Position numbers and translations under genes: made by a program
In this document: positions 26,887 to 35,509 of the stretch, piece by piece
Numbering within the stretch: position 1 is the stretch's first letter
Layout of the letters: every line of letters begins with the position of its first letter
NCBI GenBank assembly: GCA_951828235.1
Contig: OX639965.1
Location: 1,668,212 to 1,732,211 of the forward strand
Reading direction: 5' to 3'
Source of the DNA: an uncultured Gammaproteobacteria bacterium
Lineage (GTDB): Bacteria > Pseudomonadota > Gammaproteobacteria > Steroidobacterales > Foliamicaceae
DNA length: 64,000 nucleotides
The notes under the pieces: generated by a model
Seen by the model: only the letters and a program-made list of their open reading frames with translations
Told to the model about the DNA's origin: nothing
The model's database searches: none

Positions 26887-28545
26887 TCAGCCGGGGGTGC
26901 GCGCCGCCATTTCGCGAATCGAATTTTCCTTGCGCATTCTGACAACGCCCTCCTCGAACTCCAGCCTGGCCTGGCGCGCGCTGAGCTCGGTTCCCCTGGC
27001 CAGGAGTTGCGAAACAAGGCCATGTTCGGGCTTTTCGCGGTAGCGCTCGACGAGCTTGACCGGGCTGATCCCCGGTGTTGCGCGCACCGTTTCGAACAGT
27101 TCCGACAGCAGGCCGATGCGCGGCTCCTTAAGGTATTTCAGTTCCGGCAACGGGTCGAGGTCCGCGGCCAGTTCGGGGAAAATGACGAGCAGGCCGGCCA
27201 GCGATTCGGCCAGGTTGCCCCAGGGGTCCCGTCGCAGAGGTCTTGAGGCCGGCTGGCGGGCAACGTCGCGCCTGCGCTGCGAAGTTTCCAGGAGCTGCCC
27301 CAGGCGCTCCCGCGGAAGCTGCACCTCTTCGGCCAGGCGGTTCATCAAGAGGTCCCGGTATACGCCGACCGGCGTGGCGCCGAGCAGCGGCCGCGCCAGT
27401 TCGGCCATCCGCGCGCGTCCCTCCGCGGTGGCGAGATCGCATTGTGCGGAAAGTGTCTGCATCAGGAATTCGGACATCGGCGTGGCGGAATCCAGCACCT
27501 TGTTGAAGGACGCCGCCCCCTCGGAGCGCACGTAACTGTCGGGGTCCTCGCCCTCGGGCAGAAAGGCGAAACTCAACTGGCGTCCGCCGCGCATTTCCGG
27601 CAGGGCCCGCTCCATAGCCCGCTCGGCCGCTCTCCGCCCGGCCGGGTCGCCGTCGAAGCAGAACACGACGCTGGGTGCGATCCGGAACAGCCGCGTGAGC
27701 TGCTGCGGGGTAACCGCAGTTCCCAGCGAGGCCATGGCGCCTGCCACGTCATTCTGCGCCAGCCCGATGACGTCCATATACCCTTCCACCAGCACGCAGC
27801 GGTCGACTTTTCGCCGGCCCAGTTCATGCAGTCCGTACAGTTCGCGTCCCTTGTGGAACACCGGCGTTTCCGGGCTGTTCATGTACTTGGGCTGGACGTC
27901 GCCCATCGCCCGTCCGCCGAAACCGGTCACGCGGCCGCGGCGGTCGCGGATCGGGAACATGATCCGGTCGCGGAAGCGGTCATAGAGTTCGCCGGATTCG
28001 CCCTTGAGCGCCAGGCCCGCGTCAACCAGGCTGCGGCGCTGGTCCTCCGACTGGCCAAAGCGCGCCAGGATGCCGTTGCCCCGGGGCGCGTAACCGATCC
28101 CGAAGGCCTGCGCCACCTTTCCGGTAAGTCCGCGGCTCTTGAGGTAGTCCTTGGCCGGGTCGCTGCCCTTGAGCTGCTCGATGTAGTGCCGGGCGGCCCC
28201 GTTGAGCAGGTCGTACAGGCCCTTGCCGGAAGGCCGGGACGGACCGCGGCGCGGCACTTCGAGACCGTAGCGTTCGGCCAGCGCCTCCACCGCGGCGGGA
28301 AAGTCCAGCCGGTCGTGCTGCATCATGAAGCCCAGGACGCTGCCGTGGGCGCCGCATCCAAAGCAGTGGTAGAAGTCCTTTGTGGGGTTGACGGTGAAAG
28401 ACGGGGTTTTCTCGTTGTGAAACGGACAAAGTCCCTTGTATTCGCGCCCGGCCCGCTTAAGCTTGACGCGTTCGCCGATGATCTGCGTTATGTCGGCGCG
28501 ATCCAGGAGATCGTCGATAAATTCTCTCGGAATCGGCCCGGCCAT
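26887..28545 (-). CDS. dnaG: DNA primase.
   Basis: Zinc finger CPFHNEKTPSFTVNPTKDFYHCFGCGAHG and TOPRIM EGYMDV. The MAGPIPREFIDDLL start at 28545 is preferred; the upstream extension runs through the REP element. Confidence 0.92.
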   Translation of the reverse strand: MAGPIPREFIDDLLDRADITQIIGERVKLKRAGREYKGLCPFHNEKTPSFTVNPTKDFYHCFGCGAHGSVLGFMMQHDRLDFPAAVEALAERYGLEVPRRGPSRPSGKGLYDLLNGAARHYIEQLKGSDPAKDYLKSRGLTGKVAQAFGIGYAPRGNGILARFGQSEDQRRSLVDAGLALKGESGELYDRFRDRIMFPIRDRRGRVTGFGGRAMGDVQPKYMNSPETPVFHKGRELYGLHELGRRKVDRCVLVEGYMDVIGLAQNDVAGAMASLGTAVTPQQLTRLFRIAPSVVFCFDGDPAGRRAAERAMERALPEMRGGRQLSFAFLPEGEDPDSYVRSEGAASFNKVLDSATPMSEFLMQTLSAQCDLATAEGRARMAELARPLLGATPVGVYRDLLMNRLAEEVQLPRERLGQLLETSQRRRDVARQPASRPLRRDPWGNLAESLAGLLVIFPELAADLDPLPELKYLKEPRIGLLSELFETVRATPGISPVKLVERYREKPEHGLVSQLLARGTELSARQARLEFEEGVVRMRKENSIREMAARTPG

Positions 28546-28546
28546 A

Positions 28547-28568
28547 GCCGAATATTGCACTATTCGGC
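28547..28568 (-). promoter_or_regulatory. Perfect 8-bp hairpin occupying the Shine-Dalgarno window of dnaG.
   Basis: GCCGAATA-TTGCAC-TATTCGGC, ending 1 nt from the ATG. No SD-like purine run is visible. Confidence 0.35.
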
Positions 28569-28618
28569 GCCCCTGCCAAAACTTCACGCTTTGAAGGCCG
28601 GCATTCTGCGAATCCTTC

Positions 28619-28684
28619 GCGCGGTGTCGTTTCCCTTCGGAGCCACTTCGCGACGCTCCTGCCGGGAAAAGTGCGCCACCGCGC
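28619..28684 (+). repeat. REP-like nested hairpin, copy 2 (between rpsU and dnaG).
   Basis: GCGCGGTGTCGTTTCCCTTCGGAGCCACTTCGCGACGCTCCTGCCGGGAAAAGTGCGCCACCGCGC. Confidence 0.85.
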
Positions 28685-28735
28685 TCCAACTGGCGCGCGG
28701 CCTTCGTACGAAATTCGGTTTGTGGGGGGAGGGGG

Positions 28736-28951
28736 TTAGTAGAGGCGGCGGCGGCGATTCTGTTCGCGGCTGGTGCGCTTGGCCTGGCGCTTTACGGCGG
28801 CGGCCTTCTGACGCTTGCGAACCTGGGTCGGCTTCTCGTAGGACTCGCGGCGGCGCACCTCGGACAGGATGCCGGCCTTCTCGCAGGCGCGCTTGAAGCG
28901 GCGCAAGGCCGCATCAAAGACTTCGTTTTCCTTTATCCGTACGCTGGGCAA
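28736..28951 (-). CDS. rpsU: 30S ribosomal protein S21.
   Basis: (M)[57 protein letters not shown] start with a GAGGAAA RBS. Confidence 0.9.
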   Translation of the reverse strand: MPSVRIKENEVFDAALRRFKRACEKAGILSEVRRRESYEKPTQVRKRQKAAAVKRQAKRTSREQNRRRRLY

Positions 28952-29049
28952 GTCGTTTTCCTCGTCGCAGGGAGCGCGGATTTTAGCGATTGCCTGCCTC
29001 CATTGCAATTGCCTGTTGTATTGTTGGCCGCCTCGCAACGCGGTTTTTC

Positions 29050-30933
29050 ATGGCAAGACAACCCGGCATCCCGGCCTTGATTCTGGCGCTTTTCCTGGTG
29101 ACGGGCGGCGCCGGAAACGCGTGGGGCAAGGGTGACGTGGAGCGGGGGAAGCGGTTGGCCAGAGAGTGCTTTGCCTGTCATGGGCAGGACGGCTACAGCC
29201 CGTCGCCGATCAATCCCAAGATCGGCGGGCAGCATGAGCGCTACCTGTTCCTTTCGCTCAAGGAGTACCGCGATGGCGGGCGCTCCCATTCGCTCATGCG
29301 CGGATCGGTGCTCAGCCGCACGGACCAGGAGCTTGAGGACATCGCGGCCTATTACGCCAGCCAGCCCGGCTATCTGACGCCGGAGGAAATACGCGAACGC
29401 ACTGAGCAGGGCGTGCCATCCGCCGGACCGCCTCGCGCCGGCGCGCCGGAAGGCGGTCCTCCCCGCGGCCCGGCGGGACCGCGAAAGTTCGACCACAGCG
29501 ACCACATCGCCCGCTACAACAGCATGCTGGCGCAGGCGATTGAAGACGCGGCGCGGGCCGTGGGCGAGGTCGGCGGGTTCGCGTGCCTGGGCCTGTCCGG
29601 CAGCGCCGATTCCGATGTCGACGGCGATGGACTTGCGGACGCATACGATGCGGCCCCCGGGGATGCCGGCGAATTCGTGCTGGACACAAACGCCGACGGC
29701 TTCTTTGAGATCTGCAATATCAGGCAACTGGAAGCCATCGGCAATCTCGGCCGGCAGGAAGGCAAGGCAACGACGCTGGATCGCGAGGTCCGCATGATGC
29801 GCAAGTACCAGCTCGTGCGCGACCTTGACGCCTCGTCCATCCCGAACTTCGAGCCGATCGGCGATTGCGGTCCCGATGGCAATTGCATGATAACGCTGGA
29901 CCGCTACGGTTTTCAGGGCGTCATCGATGGCCGGGGACACACGATCCGCGGATTGCGCATCTCCAGACCCGGCGGTGGAGGGATCGGCCTGCTCGGCGTG
30001 CTCGGCGCACGGGGCACCGTTCGCGACCTGGTGATTGAGGATGCGCTCGTGATCGGACGCGGCGGCGCAGCCCTGCTCGTGGGCAGCAATTTCGGCATTG
30101 TTTTCCGCTGCCGCGCCGAGGGCGAAGTGGCCGGCGACCTGGCGCTCGGCATCCTGGTGGGAGGAAGCGGCGGCCTGGTCGCCTTCAGCGAGTCTTCCGG
30201 CACGGTTTCGGGGAACCAGGCCCTCGGCGGGCTGATCGGGGACATGCGCGGCGGCGTCTACCACAGCCGCTCGAGCGCCGAAGTTTCCGGGAGCCGCGGC
30301 CTGGGCGGGCTGGTCGGCCTGAATACCTTCGGCCTGGTAGAGGGCAGCTATGCCACGGGAGCGGTGATCGGCGGCAACGACCTGGGCGGACTGGTGGGAA
30401 TGAACACCGACGCCAAGGTACGCAACAGCTTTTCCACCGCCAGGGTGGAGGGCGACGGAAGCAATATCGGCGGCCTGGTCGGGTTCAACTCCTTGAGCGA
30501 GGTGCGCAACAGCTACGCCGCCGGGCCGGTGTTCGGCGCCGATGCCGTCGGCGGGCTGGTCGGGCGTAACAACGGCAGCGTGCGCATGAGCTACGCGGCG
30601 AGCAGGGTGGTGAGCGAGGGCGCTTCGGGCGGCATTTCCGGAGTCACGGTCGAGGGTGAAGAACAGCTCAACTTCTGGTCCAGCTCCGCTCATCCCGAAG
30701 GCGCGTCGCCGCTGAACCTGCTGACCGCCGAAGACAGCGGCTGGAGTCCGGCCGCCGGCGACTACCTAGGCCTGATCGACGGCTATTGCGACGCCAACGC
30801 CAACGGTTTCATCGATCCGCAGGAACGCAGGCCGGACAACCGCATCTGGGACTTCGGCGATTCCGCGCAGTCACCTACAATCCGCTGTACCGCCGTAGTG
30901 GATGAACTTTGGGGCGGCAAGAAGGGGGACTGA
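29050..30933 (+). CDS. Secreted fusion protein: class I cytochrome c domain, then an acidic TSP3-like Ca-binding stretch, then GLUG-motif repeats.
   Basis: Signal peptide, CFACHG heme motif, DSDVDGDGLADAYD, and repeated G-L/I-G-G-L-V-G units (GGLIG, GGLVGLN, GGLVGMN, GGLVGFN, GGLVGRN). Confidence 0.7.
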   Translation: MARQPGIPALILALFLVTGGAGNAWGKGDVERGKRLARECFACHGQDGYSPSPINPKIGGQHERYLFLSLKEYRDGGRSHSLMRGSVLSRTDQELEDIAAYYASQPGYLTPEEIRERTEQGVPSAGPPRAGAPEGGPPRGPAGPRKFDHSDHIARYNSMLAQAIEDAARAVGEVGGFACLGLSGSADSDVDGDGLADAYDAAPGDAGEFVLDTNADGFFEICNIRQLEAIGNLGRQEGKATTLDREVRMMRKYQLVRDLDASSIPNFEPIGDCGPDGNCMITLDRYGFQGVIDGRGHTIRGLRISRPGGGGIGLLGVLGARGTVRDLVIEDALVIGRGGAALLVGSNFGIVFRCRAEGEVAGDLALGILVGGSGGLVAFSESSGTVSGNQALGGLIGDMRGGVYHSRSSAEVSGSRGLGGLVGLNTFGLVEGSYATGAVIGGNDLGGLVGMNTDAKVRNSFSTARVEGDGSNIGGLVGFNSLSEVRNSYAAGPVFGADAVGGLVGRNNGSVRMSYAASRVVSEGASGGISGVTVEGEEQLNFWSSSAHPEGASPLNLLTAEDSGWSPAAGDYLGLIDGYCDANANGFIDPQERRPDNRIWDFGDSAQSPTIRCTAVVDELWGGKKGD

Positions 30934-30934
30934 A

Positions 30935-31948
30935 ATGCTGAGAACTCCGATCGGCGCGAAGGCGTGGGCGTTGGCTCCGGCACTGCTCGCGGCATCGAGC
31001 CTGTTGTCGGGCGCCGAGGAGCGCGTCAACACCTTTCAGCCATTTGTTGCGGGCGACATTTTTGTCGCTTCCACCATCATGGATCACCCCGCCGACGATC
31101 ACATGGGCACGGGGCGCATCTTTCAGTACGACGCCGAACTCAAGCTCAAGGGCGAGCTCTACACGAAGGGCACCACGCACAAGATCGGCGGCCTGAATTT
31201 CGGCCCCGACGGCACGCTGTGGGCGTTTGCGCAAGGGACGCCGGCGGTCGTGGAAATCGGCCAGGACGGGGTGCAGAAGCCGGTGCGCAGGTTCTCCGAG
31301 CGCAGTTTGAGCAGCGTCACCTTCGCCCGCGACGGGAGCCTGTATTTCGGGGAGCACCTGCAGGGGACCAACACGACCATCCCCACCAACACCACCGTAT
31401 TCAATCTGCTGTCCGGCCGCGACGTGATCGGCGACGGCAACATCTTCCAGTTCAGCCCGGATGCCCGGCTGCTGAAGGAATTCCACTCGGATACGCATGG
31501 CGGCGTCGTGGGCATTCACGGCGTGACATCGACCGTGCTCACCGACAACGACACCCGCATGGTCTACGTGTCCGAGACCGGCAATCGGGTCATGCAATAC
31601 GACCTGGCCAACGACCGCCAGTTGCCGGACCTGAGGGTCTTCGACGACGACGAGAACGTGTTCATGGTCCTTACCCTGATGCCCATGCTCGATGGTTCGC
31701 TGTTGATCAGCACGGGCAACGGCCTGGTGGTGCTCGACAAGGACTCAGGCGAGACCCTTCGCTACTACGACATGCGCAGTCCCGGATGGGCGGCCTCGGG
31801 GCCGACAGTGGACGGCGCCGGAATTATCGTGGGCAACTTTTTCACCGGCGAGGTCGTGATCATCAGCCGGGAGACCGGGGAAGTCGTCCGCAGCAACAAC
31901 ATCGGGCAAACGAACTCGCTCTCGGGCGTGGCCCAGTTTCCCGGCTGA
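30935..31948 (+). CDS. Secreted beta-propeller-like protein (NHL/SMP-30-like), hypothetical.
   Basis: Signal peptide (AKAWALAPALLAASSLLSGA), repetitive G-x-hydrophobic strand pattern, RBS AAGGGGG. Confidence 0.55.
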   Translation: MLRTPIGAKAWALAPALLAASSLLSGAEERVNTFQPFVAGDIFVASTIMDHPADDHMGTGRIFQYDAELKLKGELYTKGTTHKIGGLNFGPDGTLWAFAQGTPAVVEIGQDGVQKPVRRFSERSLSSVTFARDGSLYFGEHLQGTNTTIPTNTTVFNLLSGRDVIGDGNIFQFSPDARLLKEFHSDTHGGVVGIHGVTSTVLTDNDTRMVYVSETGNRVMQYDLANDRQLPDLRVFDDDENVFMVLTLMPMLDGSLLISTGNGLVVLDKDSGETLRYYDMRSPGWAASGPTVDGAGIIVGNFFTGEVVIISRETGEVVRSNNIGQTNSLSGVAQFPG

Positions 31949-31995
31949 CCAATGACACGACACTGACACCAGTTTCGCTCGCAAGGGGCCTTCTC

Positions 31996-32760
31996 ATGAC
32001 AAAAAAGCGCATTATCCTGATCGTTCTCGCCGTCATCGCCGTTCTTGTCCTGCTGTCCTTTAGAACTACCCAGTACCCCGTTTTCGAAATGGAGGCCGAC
32101 GCGGCCCCCGAGGGCGGTCACCATGTCCTGCTGTTCGGCGGAACCCGCAACACGGGTCTGGAGGTGGCGAAAATCCTGGCAGGAAGAGGCGACCGGGTTA
32201 CGGCTTTCGTCCGCCCGTCGTCGGACCGCTCCGGGCTTGAGCCGCTGGGCGTGAGCTTTGCCGTCGGCGATGCGCTGGACCTGGAAAGCGTGCAGGCCGC
32301 ATTCGCCGGCGGGGACTACACCTCGGTCATAACCACGGTGGGTTGCTTCAGTTGCGATCCGCGCCCGGACTACCTGGGAAACCGCAATATTTTCGATGCG
32401 GCCGAAGAGGCCGGCGTGCAGCGGATGGTGTTCGTCACCAGCATCGGCTCGGGCGACAGCGAAATGGCCGCTCCCTGGCTGGCCCGGGTCTTTCTTCGGG
32501 AAATCCTGCCGCTGAAGACGCAGGCCGAAGACCATCTCATGGCCAGCGGCCTCGACTACACCATCATCCGTCCCGGCGCGCTCCGCTCGAGACCGCCCAC
32601 CGGCAAGGGATACCTGAGCGAGAGCCGCGATGCCGAAGGCATCATCAACCGCAGCGATCTGGCCGGCCTGATCGTCGAAGCGCTCGACGATAACGCGACG
32701 ACCGGCAAGGTCCTAGCCGCGGTCGATTCGGAGATGTCCTACCCCTGGGACGCGTTCTGA
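31996..32760 (+). CDS. Membrane-anchored NAD(P)-binding atypical SDR (NmrA-like).
   Basis: N-terminal TM segment, then VLLFGGTRNTGLEVAKIL Rossmann motif. The long track ORF 30964-32760 is mostly an out-of-context upstream extension. Confidence 0.7.
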   Translation: MTKKRIILIVLAVIAVLVLLSFRTTQYPVFEMEADAAPEGGHHVLLFGGTRNTGLEVAKILAGRGDRVTAFVRPSSDRSGLEPLGVSFAVGDALDLESVQAAFAGGDYTSVITTVGCFSCDPRPDYLGNRNIFDAAEEAGVQRMVFVTSIGSGDSEMAAPWLARVFLREILPLKTQAEDHLMASGLDYTIIRPGALRSRPPTGKGYLSESRDAEGIINRSDLAGLIVEALDDNATTGKVLAAVDSEMSYPWDAF

Positions 32761-32795
32761 CGAAAGGGCTGGCGTTTCCGTCCAATTGCAGTTAG

Positions 32796-33173
32796 GCGCT
32801 CGACACGCATGCGTTTCTGTGGTGGCTTGTCGGTAACGAGCGATTGCCGCCTTCCGCCCGCCGCGCCATCGGCGACGGCGCCAACGAGAAACTGATCAGC
32901 GCGGCTTCAGCGTGGGAGATCGCGACCAAACATCGGCTCGGGAAACTCCCGGACGCCGGCGAGCTTGCGAATGACATCGCCGCCGGCATCTCAGGCGAGG
33001 GCTTCGAGGAACTGCCAATCACCGTGGAAGACGCCGCGCGCGCCGGAGCTTTGCCCGGCCCGCACCGCGACCCCTTCGACCGAATACTCATCGCGCAAGC
33101 ACTTTCGCGCAACCTCGTCCTCGTCTCAATAGAGACTCTCTTCGACCGGTACGGCGTCCGCCGCCTCTGGTAA
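32796..33173 (+). pseudogene. VapC-type PIN-domain toxin ORF lacking a start codon and lacking an upstream antitoxin gene.
   Basis: ALDTHAFLWWL...SAASAWEIATK...HRDPFDRILIAQA. The in-frame codon immediately before Ala is TAG (32793-32795). Confidence 0.55.
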
Positions 33174-33220
33174 CAAATGACGGAATCGGTGATTGCTGAC
33201 AACAGCGTAATGGCGCCACA

Positions 33221-33364
33221 ATGATGATCCGCACGCAAATTTCTTTGGACGCTGAATTGCACACGCGGCTTCGTGCACGTGCAGCGGCGGATCAATCCAC
33301 GGCCCAGGCGACCGTTCAGGTATACCCCGCCTCCAGGCAAAGGCCGTCGATGGCGATGTTGTAG
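33221..33364 (+). pseudogene. 5' fragment of an RHH-type antitoxin gene. It loses similarity where the HNH gene's 3' end begins.
   Basis: Hand translation is MMIRTQISLDAELHTRLRARAAA..., followed by unrelated residues overlapping 33316-33364. Confidence 0.3.
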
Positions 33365-34974
33365 TCCATGCGCTCGCCGCCCCAGCCGCAGCGGGCGGTG
33401 TGGGTGTCGATAGCCAGGCCGTGCGACGCGTTGAACGCCGCCAGCCGCTCCGCGCCGTCCACCGCGGAGGCGCTTCCTGACTCTGCGCAGGTGCTTCCGG
33501 GCTTTGCGCAGATGTTTCCGCGGAAACATTCCCCGTGCGGCCTGCCCGCCGGCGGGATCACGCGGCCATCCGGGCGCGTGAACTGGATCTCGCCCTCGTT
33601 CACGCGAACGCCATAGCCCCCTTCGTGCACCTGGCGGTGATGCTGAGAACATAGCGTGACCAGGTTATCCAGCCGGGTCTCGCCGCCATCCGCCCAATGC
33701 TTGATGTGATGGGCGTGTACATAGCGGGAACGGTCGCAGCCCGGAAAGCGGCAGCCGCCGTCACGCACGCGCAGCGCGCGCCGGATCGCTGGCGGCACCG
33801 CCCGGGTCCGGCGCCCAATGGCCAGCGGCTCGCCCTTCGCGCCTTCCACCACACCGACCAAAGACCCGTCACAGCCCAGACGCCGCGCCGTCTCCACCGC
33901 CAGCGGCCCGCCGTGTTCGAACGACGCGCCGCTGCTCTCCGGCACGTCACGCAGCGCGTCGTGGGCGATATGCACCACCACCTCGTGGGCGCCGTTGGCC
34001 GACCCCGAGCACTTCCCGGCAAGAAACCTCCGGACAATGTATTCCAAGGCGTCCGCCCGCCGCTGACTCACGCTACGTCGGGGTGTTTCCGCGGAAACAC
34101 TGTCAGGCCGCGTATCCCAAAACGGCGGCAGCGCGGGTCTCATCCGGGATGTTTCCGCGGAAACATCTGCGGGAACCGCATCCGCATCAGCCGCATCAGC
34201 CGCATCCGCATCAGCCGCGACCGCCCCGGCACTCTCCGCATCCCCGACCCGCTCCTCCAACTGCGCGTGGGCCGCTTCCAGCGCCTTAAGCAGCATCTCC
34301 CCCACCTCGGGCGCCAGGCGTGCCTCCAGCCTGACGCTGCCGTCGCTTTCACGCCAGCACTCCAGGTAGCGCCGCTCGTGCATGGCCTCGGCCTCGTCAC
34401 GCTCGAGATAGCGCACGGCCCGCCGGAACCCCCGCACGGTGCGTTCCACATGCGCGGCCGTGCCGTTCAGGGCGATGTTCAGCAAGGTGTCTTCCGTCGC
34501 CGCCGTCGCCACCCGCGTCAGCGCGCGCACTTTCGAATACGACAGGCGGCCCTCGCCGAAGGCGCCCGCGATCTTCGGCAGCGATTCCAGGGCTCGGGCT
34601 ACCCGCACCTTTTCTCTCGCCGCCACCGGGCCGATGCCGCATTGCCAGCTCAGCCAGTGGGCGCAACTCGCTATGCCGTGCTGGGCCCAGCCCTCCCTGC
34701 GGTCGAACTCCGCCAGCAGGGCGAGAAAATGCGCGGTGGCCGCGTTGATGTGTCCCCACAACTGGGTGATCTCCGCCTCCAGTGCTTCGAGCGCTTCCTC
34801 TTCGCGCTGCCGCTCGGCCATGCGCACCTCGGCGTCCGGGTGGGGATACCGTGCTTTCCCAGCAGAGGGAGGCTCGACGGCGGCAGCGGGGGGAAGCTCT
34901 ACCGAGCCGGCAACAGCCGCCGGAATCTCAGCGTCGCGATCAGGGGCGGCGGAAGCAGTGCGGTGAAGGTCCAT
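33316..34974 (-). CDS. DUF222-domain HNH endonuclease (13E12-repeat-like family).
   Basis: CRFPGCDRSRYVHAHHIKHWADGGETRLDNLVTLCSQHHRQVHEG, plus the upstream ETARRLGCDGSLVGVV motif. Confidence 0.85.
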   Translation of the reverse strand: MDLHRTASAAPDRDAEIPAAVAGSVELPPAAAVEPPSAGKARYPHPDAEVRMAERQREEEALEALEAEITQLWGHINAATAHFLALLAEFDRREGWAQHGIASCAHWLSWQCGIGPVAAREKVRVARALESLPKIAGAFGEGRLSYSKVRALTRVATAATEDTLLNIALNGTAAHVERTVRGFRRAVRYLERDEAEAMHERRYLECWRESDGSVRLEARLAPEVGEMLLKALEAAHAQLEERVGDAESAGAVAADADAADAADADAVPADVSAETSRMRPALPPFWDTRPDSVSAETPRRSVSQRRADALEYIVRRFLAGKCSGSANGAHEVVVHIAHDALRDVPESSGASFEHGGPLAVETARRLGCDGSLVGVVEGAKGEPLAIGRRTRAVPPAIRRALRVRDGGCRFPGCDRSRYVHAHHIKHWADGGETRLDNLVTLCSQHHRQVHEGGYGVRVNEGEIQFTRPDGRVIPPAGRPHGECFRGNICAKPGSTCAESGSASAVDGAERLAAFNASHGLAIDTHTARCGWGGERMDYNIAIDGLCLEAGYT

Positions 34975-35509
34975 TTCGAGGCTCCGTTCAATCCGTTGAA
35001 GTCCCCCGAACTATAGCATGAATAAGCAATAGAATCAATTCTTTAGGGGCCTTTACCGGCCAAAAATCCCGTAGGCAAAAGCCCCGATAGTGCGCCGTTC
35101 TCCAGCAACGCGGTGCCGATTCGATCAGCCCATAGTTGGCGCGTCGTCCGGCGTATTCGACGGGCCTTCGCCTGGCGCACTTCCGAGCCGTGGTTACACT
35201 TATATAACGCGCTTGCCGAAGCCCAACGCCGCAACAATCTCGCCCTCACCGGACCCTTCATCGTCCCAACTGTCGGGCGGCTTGAAGCCACCGTCCCGAT
35301 CCCGTTCGCGCCGATGAGGGCGGCGCACCGCATCCCTTGAATGCATCGGGCTTCGCTACAATTTCTGCTCCACAGACGCGTTATGCAAGGAGACCCAGTG
35401 GCGTGCCGTGAGGCAATTGGCGGAAGACGGTGGTGCAGTCACTGTTTCTGACTATGGCACCTACGACGATCATCATTTACACGTTCAGTTCTGAGCCGAG
35501 GGAATCCGC

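Noticed and set aside
28933-30693. 586-aa minus-strand ORF opposite the cytochrome c-GLUG gene.
   Set aside because: Shadow ORF. The plus-strand product has a signal peptide, a CxxCH motif and coherent repeats, whereas the minus-strand translation is low-complexity.
30964-31995. Upstream 340 codons of the 598-aa track ORF 30964-32760.
   Set aside because: This part overlaps the propeller gene in another frame and is R/G/H-rich. Only the last 254 codons, from ATG 31996, form a sensible TM plus Rossmann protein.
34177-34218. Short tandem GCATC(C/A)GC-type repeats, considered as a possible CRISPR or VNTR.
   Set aside because: The units are 6-9 nt, contiguous, without spacers, and in frame inside the HNH CDS (ADADAADAADADA). 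This is simple low-complexity coding repeat, not CRISPR. No CRISPR array was seen anywhere in the window.
35046-35057. GGGGCCTTTACC resembles the first 12 nt of the tnpB-element IR (GGGGCTTATACC), which could mark a solo IR remnant.
   Set aside because: Only about 10 of 12 positions match, there is no similarity beyond that, and no partner repeat exists. It could easily be chance in GC-rich DNA.
35043-35333. A 96-aa minus-strand ORF whose C-terminus (ADRIGTALLENGALSGLL) faintly recalls the R-H-x-x-A-T-x-LLEnG region of tyrosine recombinases. This raised the possibility of an integrase remnant at the island edge.
   Set aside because: The similarity rests on about 8 residues and lacks the catalytic His/Arg/Tyr context. 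That is too weak to call without an HMM search.
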